In this document: positions 1 through 8,822 of the stretch, piece by piece
Layout of the letters: each line of letters begins with the position of its first letter
How positions within the stretch are numbered: the first letter of the stretch is position 1
Origin: an uncultured virus (IMG/VR IMGVR_UViG_3300030685_000002)
Lineage: Duplodnaviria; Heunggongvirae; Uroviricota; Caudoviricetes
DNA: 64,000 bases
Virus record (IMG/VR): IMGVR_UViG_3300030685_000002
Reading direction: 5' to 3' (one strand)
Made by a program: the position numbers and the translations under genes
The notes under the pieces: model-generated
What the model was told of the DNA's origin: nothing
The model's database searches: none
Seen by the model: only the letters and a program-made list of their open reading frames with translations

Positions 1-937
1 TTGACATTGTTTCTTGCTCATTTACAAAATCTATATCATACTTAGAAAACTTGTTTATCTCTCCTGTAACGGACTTTAATTCGTCATTGGATAGTTTGTA
101 CCCTTTACCTTGCATTTGTGCCTCAGTAAGTCCTGTTTTCTTTGCAGCGAACAGTCTAATGATCTTTGTATCGCTATCTTCCATTGAATACCATAGAGCA
201 GCTACATCTTCCGGATTGATTTCAAATATCGAACGCATAAGTTCAATAAGAAATCTAGTCTTACCGGCACCACGTGATGCTGCTATACCAAGGATAAACT
301 TTGGAGCAAGATATACATGTTCATCAAGCAATTTAAACCCAGTTCTAAGGTATGAAATATCTTTACCACTTGAGTAGTTCTGAATTTCATTGATAGCCTT
401 ATCAACTGAGTTCTTCATGTGCTTAATCTGTTTATCATTGAAGTTCTCAAATATCTTTTCTAACTCTTCATAAACACGTTCATAGATTTCTTTAATATCT
501 ACATCGTATTTGTATAAGTTATTGATTTCATTTGAGAACAGTTCAATCATAGTACGTCGAACATACATTTCAAATATCACATAGCAATAGTATTCCAAGT
601 TTTGTTGTGAATGAGGTTCACCGGCAAGTACTATTATTGCATATGGACCACCTACATCATCAATCATTTCATTCTTACGTAAAGCATGCACAAGAGTAGT
701 ATTATCAATGGGAACCTCCTGTTCAGACATTCCCATTAATGTTTCTAGTATCTTTTGATGTGTTACTTTATAAAGACATTGAGGTTTAATAATAGAAAGC
801 ACAAAACCCAAACTATCAGGATAATTAATGACTGTTGAAAGAATTGCTTTTTCAAATTCAATATCTTGTGGTGGGAGTTTACCAAAATCATTAGCCGGTA
901 ATGGTGGTTTTCTGTTGTAATTCCGTTTCTCGGCCAT
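1..937 (-). CDS. dnaB: Replicative DNA helicase DnaB, N-terminal part (runs off the window start)
   Basis: Not in the ORF track. Manual translation from ATG 937 gives MAEKRNYNRKPPLPANDFGKLPPQDIEFEKAILS...IKPQCLYKVTHQKI...PID...VGGPYAI, the DnaB N-domain pattern (PPQ..E.E..IL). Walker A GIAASRGAGKT lies near 260-290. Confidence 0.9.
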   Translation of the reverse strand, partial: MAEKRNYNRKPPLPANDFGKLPPQDIEFEKAILSTVINYPDSLGFVLSIIKPQCLYKVTHQKILETLMGMSEQEVPIDNTTLVHALRKNEMIDDVGGPYAIIVLAGEPHSQQNLEYYCYVIFEMYVRRTMIELFSNEINNLYKYDVDIKEIYERVYEELEKIFENFNDKQIKHMKNSVDKAINEIQNYSSGKDISYLRTGFKLLDEHVYLAPKFILGIAASRGAGKTRFLIELMRSIFEINPEDVAALWYSMEDSDTKIIRLFAAKKTGLTEAQMQGKGYKLSNDELKSVTGEINKFSKYDIDFVNEQETMS

Positions 938-1388
938 AGTTGTAATTCTCTTTTAGTTGTTGATATTTCTCAAATACTTTCTGCCATCTACTATCTTGTG
1001 ATACAAGCACACTTTGAGCTACATTATGTATTTGAAAGTGTTCACCTTTTGTAAGAAGAATGATATTTGGTTTATACAACCGAAATTGCTCATACGTTTT
1101 CTTAGTAAGCAAATGGTGGAAATTATTGATATCAAAGAAGTATAGTTTATCACCACTAAGTTCTGAAACATGTGGGCGTTCGTTCCATACTTCTTTGAAT
1201 AATTCAAGTTCACCAGTCGGCTGCCGAAACTTAGGCTTTATAGCTTTACTCTTTGTATTAATAGAAGTAGTTATTGCTGTTCTTACTTTTTGTGCTTTAT
1301 CATCAGTACGTAGGTGTTGATGGTTACGACAATAGTTGTGAGAGAATATTGGAAACGTACATGTTTCGTGTTTACAAATTTTTGCCAT
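891..1388 (-). CDS. HNH/NinG-like nuclease with N-terminal Cys/His knuckle
   Basis: CKHETC..YCRNH followed by an HNH-like core NFHHLL-x-NIILLTKGEH. Confidence 0.55.
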   Translation of the reverse strand: MAKICKHETCTFPIFSHNYCRNHQHLRTDDKAQKVRTAITTSINTKSKAIKPKFRQPTGELELFKEVWNERPHVSELSGDKLYFFDINNFHHLLTKKTYEQFRLYKPNIILLTKGEHFQIHNVAQSVLVSQDSRWQKVFEKYQQLKENYNYGRETELQQKTTITG

Positions 1389-1640
1389 TTACTTTTTAAT
1401 TACATGACATATATAGTCACATTTATACTCAGTTTTTTGATTCTCTGTAAGCTCAGTCAGTGACTTAATACTATCAAATCCATGTTGGTCAAGAAGTTCT
1501 TTATAATCAAAGAACTGTTCCGGACTAAGATGCATAATACTACTAAATTGTCGTGAAGTATCAGTTTCACCACCAAGCGTATTGCCATTCATTGCTTCAA
1601 AAGACCATTGAGCATTTGCTTTTAGTCCAATTTTAATCAT
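1389..1640 (-). CDS. Hypothetical protein
   Basis: 83-aa ORF abutting its neighbours in the leftward operon. Confidence 0.6.
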   Translation of the reverse strand: MIKIGLKANAQWSFEAMNGNTLGGETDTSRQFSSIMHLSPEQFFDYKELLDQHGFDSIKSLTELTENQKTEYKCDYICHVIKK

Positions 1641-1940
1641 TTATGTTTTTGTTTTTAATGTTTCAATATCTTTTAAAATATTATCAATTATTTCTCTTAC
1701 AGGATCAGGCAATCTAAAATATTCTTTTACATTATCATCATGATGTATTACTTGAAATAATACTTTATACATATCTGGTGCCTTAGATGCTATTATAGCA
1801 TTTGTTTCAGCAATATCTTCACCTACTTCATCACAATATAATAATACTTTTGATTCGTAATTATCAGAATCATTAAGCATATATATTCCTGCAAATTGAA
1901 TAGGATACCAAGGTGCTGGACTATGAATTAATTTTTTCAT
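1641..1940 (-). CDS. Hypothetical phage protein
   Basis: HSPAPW...NAIIASKAPDMY matches the common small phage protein pattern HTPGPW...NA.LIAAAP. Confidence 0.7.
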   Translation of the reverse strand: MKKLIHSPAPWYPIQFAGIYMLNDSDNYESKVLLYCDEVGEDIAETNAIIASKAPDMYKVLFQVIHHDDNVKEYFRLPDPVREIIDNILKDIETLKTKT

Positions 1941-1950
1941 TTTATTTGTT

Positions 1951-2106
1951 TTAAAATCCTACATAAATAAATTCAAGAGTAATATCACTTATCGGAAACT
2001 TACGTTCTTCGAAATGAATATGACCTTGCATATGAGGTTGGTAATCAATAGGGCCGACAACTGGTGGAATACCACTGATGTTGTAATCAAATATTGATAT
2101 TATCAT
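1951..2106 (-). CDS. Small hypothetical protein (51 aa)
   Basis: Manual ORF MIISIFDYNISGIPPVVGPIDYQPH...GF* fills the gap between adjacent genes. Confidence 0.5.
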   Translation of the reverse strand: MIISIFDYNISGIPPVVGPIDYQPHMQGHIHFEERKFPISDITLEFIYVGF

Positions 2107-2109
2107 AAT

Positions 2110-3504
2110 TTAAAATATTGCTAAAAATGAAGTCGGCCTACTTACTCCGACATAAAAAGCTTGTAACTTACGTTTGTTTGATATAGGCTTTACACTCATG
2201 ATATCACTTAAATCTACATAGCATCCCTTTATGGTACTACCTTGTATCTTATAGTTATTCATAGCATAGCCATACGATATATTGGCAAACTTTCCTTTGA
2301 AAGCTTGATGTTCGGACCATTCATGCGTTTTTATCGCAGTACGTTTCAGCTTATCCAAATGGTTTTTGTAAAGAGGATAACCATTTTCAGTAGGAACAAG
2401 CAATTGCACTGTCTCTTTTGATTTAGGTTTTCTTCCAACTTTTGGAACTGATATGACAAAACATTCAACAAACTCTACCATTTCAATATGTAGATTTTGA
2501 ATACGGAATGATTGTCCATTGTACGCGATAATATTCATGTGTGGTGCATACTGTTCATTCATAACAATAAGTTCGCCGGGAACATACATTTCATTTGAGT
2601 TCTCCACCCAAAGCATATTCCGAATTACTTTATTGTGTTCGATTATACGCTTGTTTCTGTATGCAGTGATACGAATATCCATTCCAGCCTGAAAGTTCTT
2701 TACATAGCTGTCTATGGCTTTGTCCATGGTTGTAATTGAATATCCTTTACCTTTTACTGCATCCCATTGCTGAGTCATAGTAGAAAGGAAAGAAACATCT
2801 TTATCACCGGCAATATGTTCACAAATTTCGTCACCAAGAATTGCTATATGATCTTCATTCTCTTGACGCATTTTAATGGTAAGTCGATACTTGTTCTTGA
2901 AATCAAAAGTAGGACTATCATTATCTCCATCAGCTTCAATTGGTGGCAACTGATTAGAATCACCGAGCCATATAATCTTAGCTGTTTTAGAGCAACACTT
3001 ACGAAGCATAGCAATCATACCTTTTGAGAACATAGAGCATTCATCTACTACGATGTACTTATATCCCATAAGTTCCGAAAACTGACTACCACCATACTTT
3101 TCTACAAAATACAATGTTCCATTAGGATCATACATTGCTGTAAGATTAGCTGCAGAAGCATAAGTAGTAGTATTCGGTATTGACTTCATAAGGTTGATAC
3201 GTGCCATGTGAGTAACACATACACCAATTACGGTATTCGGAACATACCATTCATCTGAGTTCTGTTTCTTGCGTTTAAATAACTCTTGAATCAGAAAGGA
3301 TTTTCCGGTTCCTCCTTTACCTTCAATAGTAAAATCAAAATCAGTATCAGATTTCAAAAAAGCTCGTAATAGCTGAATGGCTTCTTCTTGTTCTTTATTG
3401 AGAGTAACATTCGGGTCCCGGTCAGCTGACTTCTTTGGTTTCTTTTCTTTCTTTGGTTTTACTACTTTAGGTTGGTTAAATAAATCAATAGGTTTATCTT
3501 TCAT
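2110..3504 (-). CDS. SF1B helicase, Dda/RecD-like
   Basis: Motifs GKGGTGKS, VVDECSM, LGDSNQLPPI, MRQ, YKIQGST and YVGVSRP. Confidence 0.92.
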   Translation of the reverse strand: MKDKPIDLFNQPKVVKPKKEKKPKKSADRDPNVTLNKEQEEAIQLLRAFLKSDTDFDFTIEGKGGTGKSFLIQELFKRKKQNSDEWYVPNTVIGVCVTHMARINLMKSIPNTTTYASAANLTAMYDPNGTLYFVEKYGGSQFSELMGYKYIVVDECSMFSKGMIAMLRKCCSKTAKIIWLGDSNQLPPIEADGDNDSPTFDFKNKYRLTIKMRQENEDHIAILGDEICEHIAGDKDVSFLSTMTQQWDAVKGKGYSITTMDKAIDSYVKNFQAGMDIRITAYRNKRIIEHNKVIRNMLWVENSNEMYVPGELIVMNEQYAPHMNIIAYNGQSFRIQNLHIEMVEFVECFVISVPKVGRKPKSKETVQLLVPTENGYPLYKNHLDKLKRTAIKTHEWSEHQAFKGKFANISYGYAMNNYKIQGSTIKGCYVDLSDIMSVKPISNKRKLQAFYVGVSRPTSFLAIF

Positions 3505-3836
3505 ACTCCAAATAAATAAAAATCATTAGGATCGTTGTGTTGTTTACTGTAATCATTCTTGTACATTTCCAATTGAATATATGCTCCAAGTTCTTTCTCT
3601 TCTTTGTCTTTTTTGATGAACTGTTTCTCGCCGGCATTGAACGGCTTAATGAAGTTCTGATAATCTTTGAATCGCTTGCATAGTAATTCAAATGTCAACA
3701 ATTCTTTAGTAGGAAGTGGTTTATTCAATATGGTAAGCATAACCTGGTATATTACCTCAGCATTACCAATAGGACAAAGAACATAAAGCTTATCTAAGAA
3801 CTCATCATAGGTTGTAGTTACAGAGTGTGTAGACAT
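3501..3836 (-). CDS. Hypothetical protein
   Basis: 111-aa ORF overlapping the helicase start by 4 nt. Confidence 0.65.
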   Translation of the reverse strand: MSTHSVTTTYDEFLDKLYVLCPIGNAEVIYQVMLTILNKPLPTKELLTFELLCKRFKDYQNFIKPFNAGEKQFIKKDKEEKELGAYIQLEMYKNDYSKQHNDPNDFYLFGV

Positions 3837-4183
3837 AGCTTTTTATATTTTTGTTTTGAAACTGTTTCTCCAGTTATTACATGCATACCAATAATTAATG
3901 ATAATGTAGAAAATACATCAGGGAAAATATTGATATCATGTAGTTTCATACAAATATTTATCTTTTCATCAATAAATTCTATACGTTCATCATTTTTCCA
4001 CACAAGAAAGAGATGATTGTATTCATCCATTTGTATGTATGCAACTTCTTTTTCTATGGTTTCAAAAAGGGCGCTTTGCTTCTCTCTGTTGAACTTAAAT
4101 ATGTAACCTAAGTAGTCAGCATAGAAATTCAATTTAGATAGCTCAAACGAGCTTAAATTTGGTTTTACTAATTTTGTTTTCAT
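3818..4183 (-). CDS. Hypothetical protein
   Basis: 121-aa ORF in the operon. Confidence 0.65.
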   Translation of the reverse strand: MKTKLVKPNLSSFELSKLNFYADYLGYIFKFNREKQSALFETIEKEVAYIQMDEYNHLFLVWKNDERIEFIDEKINICMKLHDINIFPDVFSTLSLIIGMHVITGETVSKQKYKKLCLHTL

Positions 4184-4207
4184 TTACGTTATGTTTTATG
4201 AAAGTGT

Positions 4208-4215
4208 TATCTTTG
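4208..4215 (+). promoter_or_regulatory. Bacteroidota sigma-70 -7 element (TATCTTTG)
   Basis: Matches TAnnTTTG, just upstream of ATG 4233 of a lone + strand gene. Confidence 0.65.
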
Positions 4216-4232
4216 TCGCAAATCATTATGAT

Positions 4233-4550
4233 ATGCTATTTACAAATAAGGAAATAAGTAAAAGAGTCCTGGCCAAAGTAAAAGAACAGGATCCAGTAAA
4301 TTTTAAATCTGTCACGCGTAACGATATAGAAAGACTACTGAACTATTATGGTCAAGTAATTTCCCATATCATTAAGCGTGGAGGTTTTCTTACATTATCA
4401 GTATACAAGACACACAAATTCAACCGGTGCATACGAATAGCTCCGATTGAAAGAAGAATAATCTACAAAGTGTTTCTTGAAAGATGTATAAGAAGAAATA
4501 TGATAATAACGAAAGCCATTAAGGAGAGAACTACCTTTTTGAACCAATAG
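4233..4550 (+). CDS. Basic protein, possibly HU/IHF-like DNA-binding
   Basis: Start moved to 4233, downstream of the promoter. KEISKRV...VTRNDIERLLNYYGQVISHIIKRGGFLTL resembles the HU/IHF helix-helix-strand pattern. Confidence 0.45.
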   Translation: MLFTNKEISKRVLAKVKEQDPVNFKSVTRNDIERLLNYYGQVISHIIKRGGFLTLSVYKTHKFNRCIRIAPIERRIIYKVFLERCIRRNMIITKAIKERTTFLNQ

Positions 4551-4932
4551 TTTTTTTATGAAACTCTTTTTCAAACTCTTCTTGTATTCGATCTTCGTCA
4601 TTTATACGACCATTGATAATAGCAAGCCAACAAAATAAATTATTTATAAGCACAATGACTTGCATAAAAGGTATAACATATAACTGGCATTCATCATCTG
4701 ATTCAATATAGAATAATAGGCTTGAAGCTTTATGTACACGTTTTAGTGCATAAGCAAGGCATATATTCAAAAGTACAATAGTTATCCAAAATAGGAATAG
4801 TACTGCCATCCATTGAATAGGTGAGAATAAGCCAAGAACATGATTATTGTTTGTTCGGAAATCATATTCAAGACCAAGGAACATACCGATAAACAAAATT
4901 ATCGACAATATGCTATAAATGAGATTTTTCAT
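4531..4932 (-). CDS. Membrane protein (about 3 TM)
   Basis: Three hydrophobic segments. Confidence 0.7.
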   Translation of the reverse strand: MKNLIYSILSIILFIGMFLGLEYDFRTNNNHVLGLFSPIQWMAVLFLFWITIVLLNICLAYALKRVHKASSLLFYIESDDECQLYVIPFMQVIVLINNLFCWLAIINGRINDEDRIQEEFEKEFHKKTIGSKR

Positions 4933-4933
4933 C

Positions 4934-5209
4934 TTAATTTACTTTTTTGAGATATACTAAGTTTGTGTTACTTACTGCAATCGCCGGCGGTTCACCAATA
5001 ACAAGTTCTTTAATCTTATATGGCAACGCAAGGTTATCGTCTTTCGGCTCAATAGAGTCTACTTGTAAGAAGTTTTTTGGATAAGATGGAGAAGAATATA
5101 CTTCACCAACTTTTAGTTCTTCTTTGGTATCATAAGAGTATCTACGCAACTCAATAGTTGGTACGATAGCTACCGGTTCTTTTACGAACAACATTTTTAT
5201 TGTTTTCAT
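4934..5209 (-). CDS. Hypothetical protein
   Basis: 91-aa ORF with operon spacing. Confidence 0.7.
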   Translation of the reverse strand: MKTIKMLFVKEPVAIVPTIELRRYSYDTKEELKVGEVYSSPSYPKNFLQVDSIEPKDDNLALPYKIKELVIGEPPAIAVSNTNLVYLKKVN

Positions 5210-5210
5210 T

Positions 5211-5408
5211 TTATTCCTTTTTTAAAATATTATTTAATTCAATTAGTAAATCATTTCTTTTTTGAATCTCAGCTACTAATAATGCACATTTGATATGATA
5301 AGAATAAGACATACCATAATCTTCTTTGCTATCAATAGCATGTTGATGATTAAGCATAATAAAATTATCTATTAATTCCAATGCTTCTTTATTTATTTCA
5401 GTTGCCAT
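5211..5408 (-). CDS. Hypothetical protein
   Basis: 65-aa ORF with operon spacing. Confidence 0.6.
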   Translation of the reverse strand: MATEINKEALELIDNFIMLNHQHAIDSKEDYGMSYSYHIKCALLVAEIQKRNDLLIELNNILKKE

Positions 5409-5431
5409 TATTTAATTTTTAATTTAAAACG

Positions 5432-5466
5432 AAAACGTCCAGATACAATAAAGTATCTGGACGTTT
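5432..5466 (-). terminator. Intrinsic terminator
   Basis: 14-bp stem AAACGTCCAGATAC / GTATCTGGACGTTT with a 6-nt loop and T-tract. Confidence 0.8.
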
Positions 5467-5505
5467 AATTTATATCAATCTATTATTTACTGAAAGATAT
5501 ATTAG

Positions 5506-5673
5506 CTAACCATATGAACTAGATAGTTCTTGTATAATTTGACAATATACCTTTTTAAAAAGGTGATTGATATCCGAAACAAATCTAATAATAACCGTAA
5601 TCACGCATAGTAGTGTGTCGCTGCATATTGCAAACGTCTGTCCGGTGATGGGATGAATTATTGATTGTATCAT
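5506..5673 (-). other. Stand-alone ~230-nt transcription unit: leaderless 55-aa ORF or sRNA
   Basis: TATATTTG at 5685-5678, ATG at the expected start site, terminator at 5432-5466. Confidence 0.4.
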
Positions 5674-5685
5674 GATACAAATATA
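5665..5685 (-). promoter_or_regulatory. -7 promoter element overlapping a 16-bp perfect palindrome
   Basis: TATATTTG on the minus strand overlaps TTGTATCATGATACAA (5665-5680). Confidence 0.55.
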
Positions 5686-5689
5686 ATAA

Positions 5690-6223
5690 TTATTTTGAAT
5701 TAGTAAAAGCTATTAGTACATCTTTTAATTTTTCAGAATAATATTTTTGTTTAGAATCAGCAGCATAAGCAGCAGCAGCAGCAGCAGCAGCATAAGCATC
5801 AGTAGCAGCAGCAGCATAAGCAACATAATCAGCAGCAGCATAAGCATCAGTAGTAGCATAAGCAGCATAAGCAGCATAAGCAGCTTTTCTAAGAATAATT
5901 AATTCATCTTTAGTAATTAGATTTTTATTAAATTTTACAATTCCATCTAAACATTCACGAACTCTTTTATCATCAGGATATTTATTTTCAAATATTGGTA
6001 AAACAGCCCATGATAATAATAATGATAGTTCTTTCTTTTCATCTAAAGTTAGTTCACAACTATTATATATAAACCAACGCTTATCTTTAATATTTACTGA
6101 TTCAATTGACAAAATCTCTTTTATTGTAACATCATTATTATTTGGAAATAATGTTTCAATATCATTAGATGAATAACATCCTTTTCTTGAAAGTAATTCT
6201 TGTTTTGTAAATAAAGTTTTCAT
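5690..6223 (-). CDS. Imm5-like helical protein with Ala/Tyr low-complexity tract
   Basis: VLPIFENKYPDDKRVRECL followed by AAYAAYAAY...AAAAAAAAYAAD. Confidence 0.65.
   Translation of the reverse strand: MKTLFTKQELLSRKGCYSSNDIETLFPNNNDVTIKEILSIESVNIKDKRWFIYNSCELTLDEKKELSLLLSWAVLPIFENKYPDDKRVRECLDGIVKFNKNLITKDELIILRKAAYAAYAAYATTDAYAAADYVAYAAAATDAYAAAAAAAAYAADSKQKYYSEKLKDVLIAFTNSK
5759..5884. repeat. Coding GCA/GCAGCATAA microsatellite-like tract
   Basis: Visible tandem gcagca and gcagcataa units. Confidence 0.85.
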
Positions 6224-6225
6224 AA

Positions 6226-7245
6226 TTATTTTCTCCTTTTCTTTTTATAATTGTTACGTTTTTGCTTTTTAGTGTCCCATGATTTATCCCATAATTCTTT
6301 TAATCCTGATATTACAGAATCTTTATTTATTATATCATAATTAAATACAGGAACTTCATTCATTTGTTGAGTAATACCAATAGAACTGGCTTTCAATAAA
6401 GAATCTTTTCCTTGTGCATCATACTGTTCTTTAGTAACAACTATTATATTTTTAATAGATGTATCTTTAGCAATCATACGAGTAATTTCACTGGCATAAT
6501 CCATTGTAGCTTTATCAGGAACAATAGCAATAATACCTTTATGATGTGCTTGTCCTAATCCATTTAATTCAAATGGTATTTGTTCAATAGAAGCCATTAA
6601 AGTCTTTCCTATGTTACGAGCACCCAATCTATGCATCATTATTGATTTACCATTATCTACATTACCAATGATACCAATACGTGTTGGTTCTTTCTTACCA
6701 GATAATACATCAAAACTATCTTTATCAATCCATGTAAATGGTTCAATAACTTCATCTAATGCTTCTTTGGTTACTTGATTGTATTTATCCATCATATCTT
6801 TCCAATCTTCAAAATTAAAAGATGGGTCAGGACAATCGCGCATGTATTCTTTGTATTCTTTGAAACCTGTCATAATAACCGGTTCATTCCAAAGATAATC
6901 TTTTGAAAACTCAACATTAAAAGGCATACCATGTAAACCAAGACCAGATTCATTTTCTTGAACAAATGTAGGTTTCTTACTGATACCTTTTATCAATTCA
7001 ACAAGCTTATCGAAATCTATATCTTTTGGTGGTTTTACTACAAGTATTCCTTCTGCAGTTTTAAACATTTTCATTAGATTATGCATTGGTTGTGGTTTTT
7101 GCATCTTTTCAACAAATAATGCAAGTACATTAGACAAGTCTACCTCACTGCCGGTAGTTGTATTTCCGACAGTGATAATATTCTTACTAAGAAGAAATTC
7201 TTTAGCCAATGATTCAAGTTTACTTATGTTTTCTTCTAAGTCCAT
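6226..7245 (-). CDS. Hypothetical protein with isolated P-loop-like peptides
   Basis: RIGIIGNVDNGKS and GARNIGKTL; basic C-terminus. Confidence 0.65.
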   Translation of the reverse strand: MDLEENISKLESLAKEFLLSKNIITVGNTTTGSEVDLSNVLALFVEKMQKPQPMHNLMKMFKTAEGILVVKPPKDIDFDKLVELIKGISKKPTFVQENESGLGLHGMPFNVEFSKDYLWNEPVIMTGFKEYKEYMRDCPDPSFNFEDWKDMMDKYNQVTKEALDEVIEPFTWIDKDSFDVLSGKKEPTRIGIIGNVDNGKSIMMHRLGARNIGKTLMASIEQIPFELNGLGQAHHKGIIAIVPDKATMDYASEITRMIAKDTSIKNIIVVTKEQYDAQGKDSLLKASSIGITQQMNEVPVFNYDIINKDSVISGLKELWDKSWDTKKQKRNNYKKKRRK

Positions 7246-7247
7246 AA

Positions 7248-7421
7248 TTATATCTCGTTATTTTGTTTTAATAAAAGACTATTGTGGTAATTTATTAAAG
7301 CTTGCATAACTTCTGGTTCTAATGCAACAACTTTATTGTGGTGATTGTCTACAGCTAACCATATTTGATAACCATCAAATGAAGCATATACGCCATCACC
7401 TATATATTTATTTTCTTCGTT
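7248..7421 (-). CDS. Small hypothetical phage protein
   Basis: Probable start near MNEENK; motif YIGDGVYASFDGYQIWL...VALEPEV. Start coordinate approximate. Confidence 0.6.
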   Translation of the reverse strand, partial: NEENKYIGDGVYASFDGYQIWLAVDNHHNKVVALEPEVMQALINYHNSLLLKQNNEI

Positions 7422-7434
7422 CATAATATCGATT

Positions 7435-7764
7435 TTAAAGCGTTCTAATGATAGATTTATCTTTCTTTGTATGATTGTTTGGTTTACTCCATAAAGTAGC
7501 AAGAGAAGTGATTGATTTGCTTAATTCAGCATTTACTGCAGCAGCACTCTTTATTACTTCTTCCACAAGAACAGATAACGACTTATCTTTAATGACAAGT
7601 ACTGTTGCTGTTATCACACATCCGTATTCTAATCTTTTCAGACCATCCGGATAGGTAAGTTTACATATCATCTCCTGAAAACGCCCTATTAGGAACTTAC
7701 CGAACTTCGGTTGACACACATCGACTACGATAGTATTACCTACACATACTTTTTCTTTTTTCAT
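7435..7764 (-). CDS. Hypothetical protein
   Basis: 109-aa ORF. Confidence 0.65.
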   Translation of the reverse strand: MKKEKVCVGNTIVVDVCQPKFGKFLIGRFQEMICKLTYPDGLKRLEYGCVITATVLVIKDKSLSVLVEEVIKSAAAVNAELSKSITSLATLWSKPNNHTKKDKSIIRTL

Positions 7765-7788
7765 TTTATTTGAGTTTTAGTAATAATA

Positions 7789-8076
7789 TTAAAAATGTTC
7801 CATATATCCATTTTCAGAAGCCCATTCATTTCCATGACTACCCATATGAATTGAATCATATGATTTTTTTGAGCTTTCTTTCATGAAATATCTACTATAT
7901 TCTTTATAAATTAAATTGGTAAATTTAAGTTCAAATTCATATCCTTCTATATTTTTCATAAACCACCAACAATAAGATACTCCTTCTTTGGTTTTAAATA
8001 TTTCTTCAATAACACATCCTTTATATTTACCAAATGGAAATACATCTTTTTCTTTTAGTATTTTTTTATTTCCCAT
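7789..8076 (-). CDS. Protein with FGKYKG motif (DUF3820/ExoX C-terminal-like)
   Basis: FPFGKYKG...SYCWW. Confidence 0.65.
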   Translation of the reverse strand: MGNKKILKEKDVFPFGKYKGCVIEEIFKTKEGVSYCWWFMKNIEGYEFELKFTNLIYKEYSRYFMKESSKKSYDSIHMGSHGNEWASENGYMEHF

Positions 8077-8086
8077 AATTATTTAT

Positions 8087-8668
8087 TTAATAATAATTTC
8101 TATGTTCGCAATTACATTTACTATGAAGCGGAATATCATACGATACTTTAAATTGCAAGTACATATCGTTATGCTTTGAAGTAATAGGCCAATATCCTTC
8201 CATATAGTTTGTATTGGCATACATAAGACCAAATTCAATATTGACAGAAGTACGATAACCAATGCCAATATATTCAGAAAAGAATAGATTATTACGCGAG
8301 GTACGATCAAATTGATTGGGAACTAATTTAAACTGATTGCTTAAAGTATTACCATTTAAATGAAATCCAACAACACCATAGAACACACCAGTGCTAAGCA
8401 GATTGATACCTATTGAAGCCATCTCTACATTATATGAGTATTGGCGTTCTCTACGTCGTTCATTATCTATCCCGGACATCATAGTAATAGCCATTACTGG
8501 TTGTATTACTACTGGTCCAATGATATGATTGAATGAAGCGGATAGACTGGCACCAGTTTCATTACCGGTATCTGTTTTTGGAGCAATAATAGCACCTGTA
8601 ATAGATAAAAAAGATTGTCCTACTACCATTATAGGTAATAGGACAATTAATAGTAATAGTTTCTTCAT
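8087..8668 (-). CDS. Secreted, outer-membrane beta-barrel-like protein
   Basis: Signal peptide MKKLLLLIVLLPIMVVGQ, alternating beta strands, C-terminal NDMYLQFKVSYDIP...CNC. Confidence 0.6.
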   Translation of the reverse strand: MKKLLLLIVLLPIMVVGQSFLSITGAIIAPKTDTGNETGASLSASFNHIIGPVVIQPVMAITMMSGIDNERRRERQYSYNVEMASIGINLLSTGVFYGVVGFHLNGNTLSNQFKLVPNQFDRTSRNNLFFSEYIGIGYRTSVNIEFGLMYANTNYMEGYWPITSKHNDMYLQFKVSYDIPLHSKCNCEHRNYY

Positions 8669-8669
8669 T

Positions 8670-8822
8670 TTATTTATTTTCGTCGGGTTCATAATAAACA
8701 CGAGCAGGTTTGCTTAACTCAATATCAAATATCTCAATGATAGCACCAGAGAAGAACATAAGTCCTATCAATACCACCAATACAAATAATAACATAAATG
8801 TCTTTTTACGTTTTAGTTTCAT
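8670..8822 (-). CDS. Small single-TM protein
   Basis: MKLKRKKTF followed by a hydrophobic helix; start approximate. Confidence 0.5.
   Translation of the reverse strand: MKLKRKKTFMLLFVLVVLIGLMFFSGAIIEIFDIELSKPARVYYEPDENK

Noticed and set aside
5759..5884. CRISPR array
   Set aside because: Low-complexity coding repeat with no repeat-spacer periodicity. No array was seen elsewhere.
6226..7245. True EF-Tu/GTPase gene
   Set aside because: Only a G1-like peptide is present; the other G motifs are absent.
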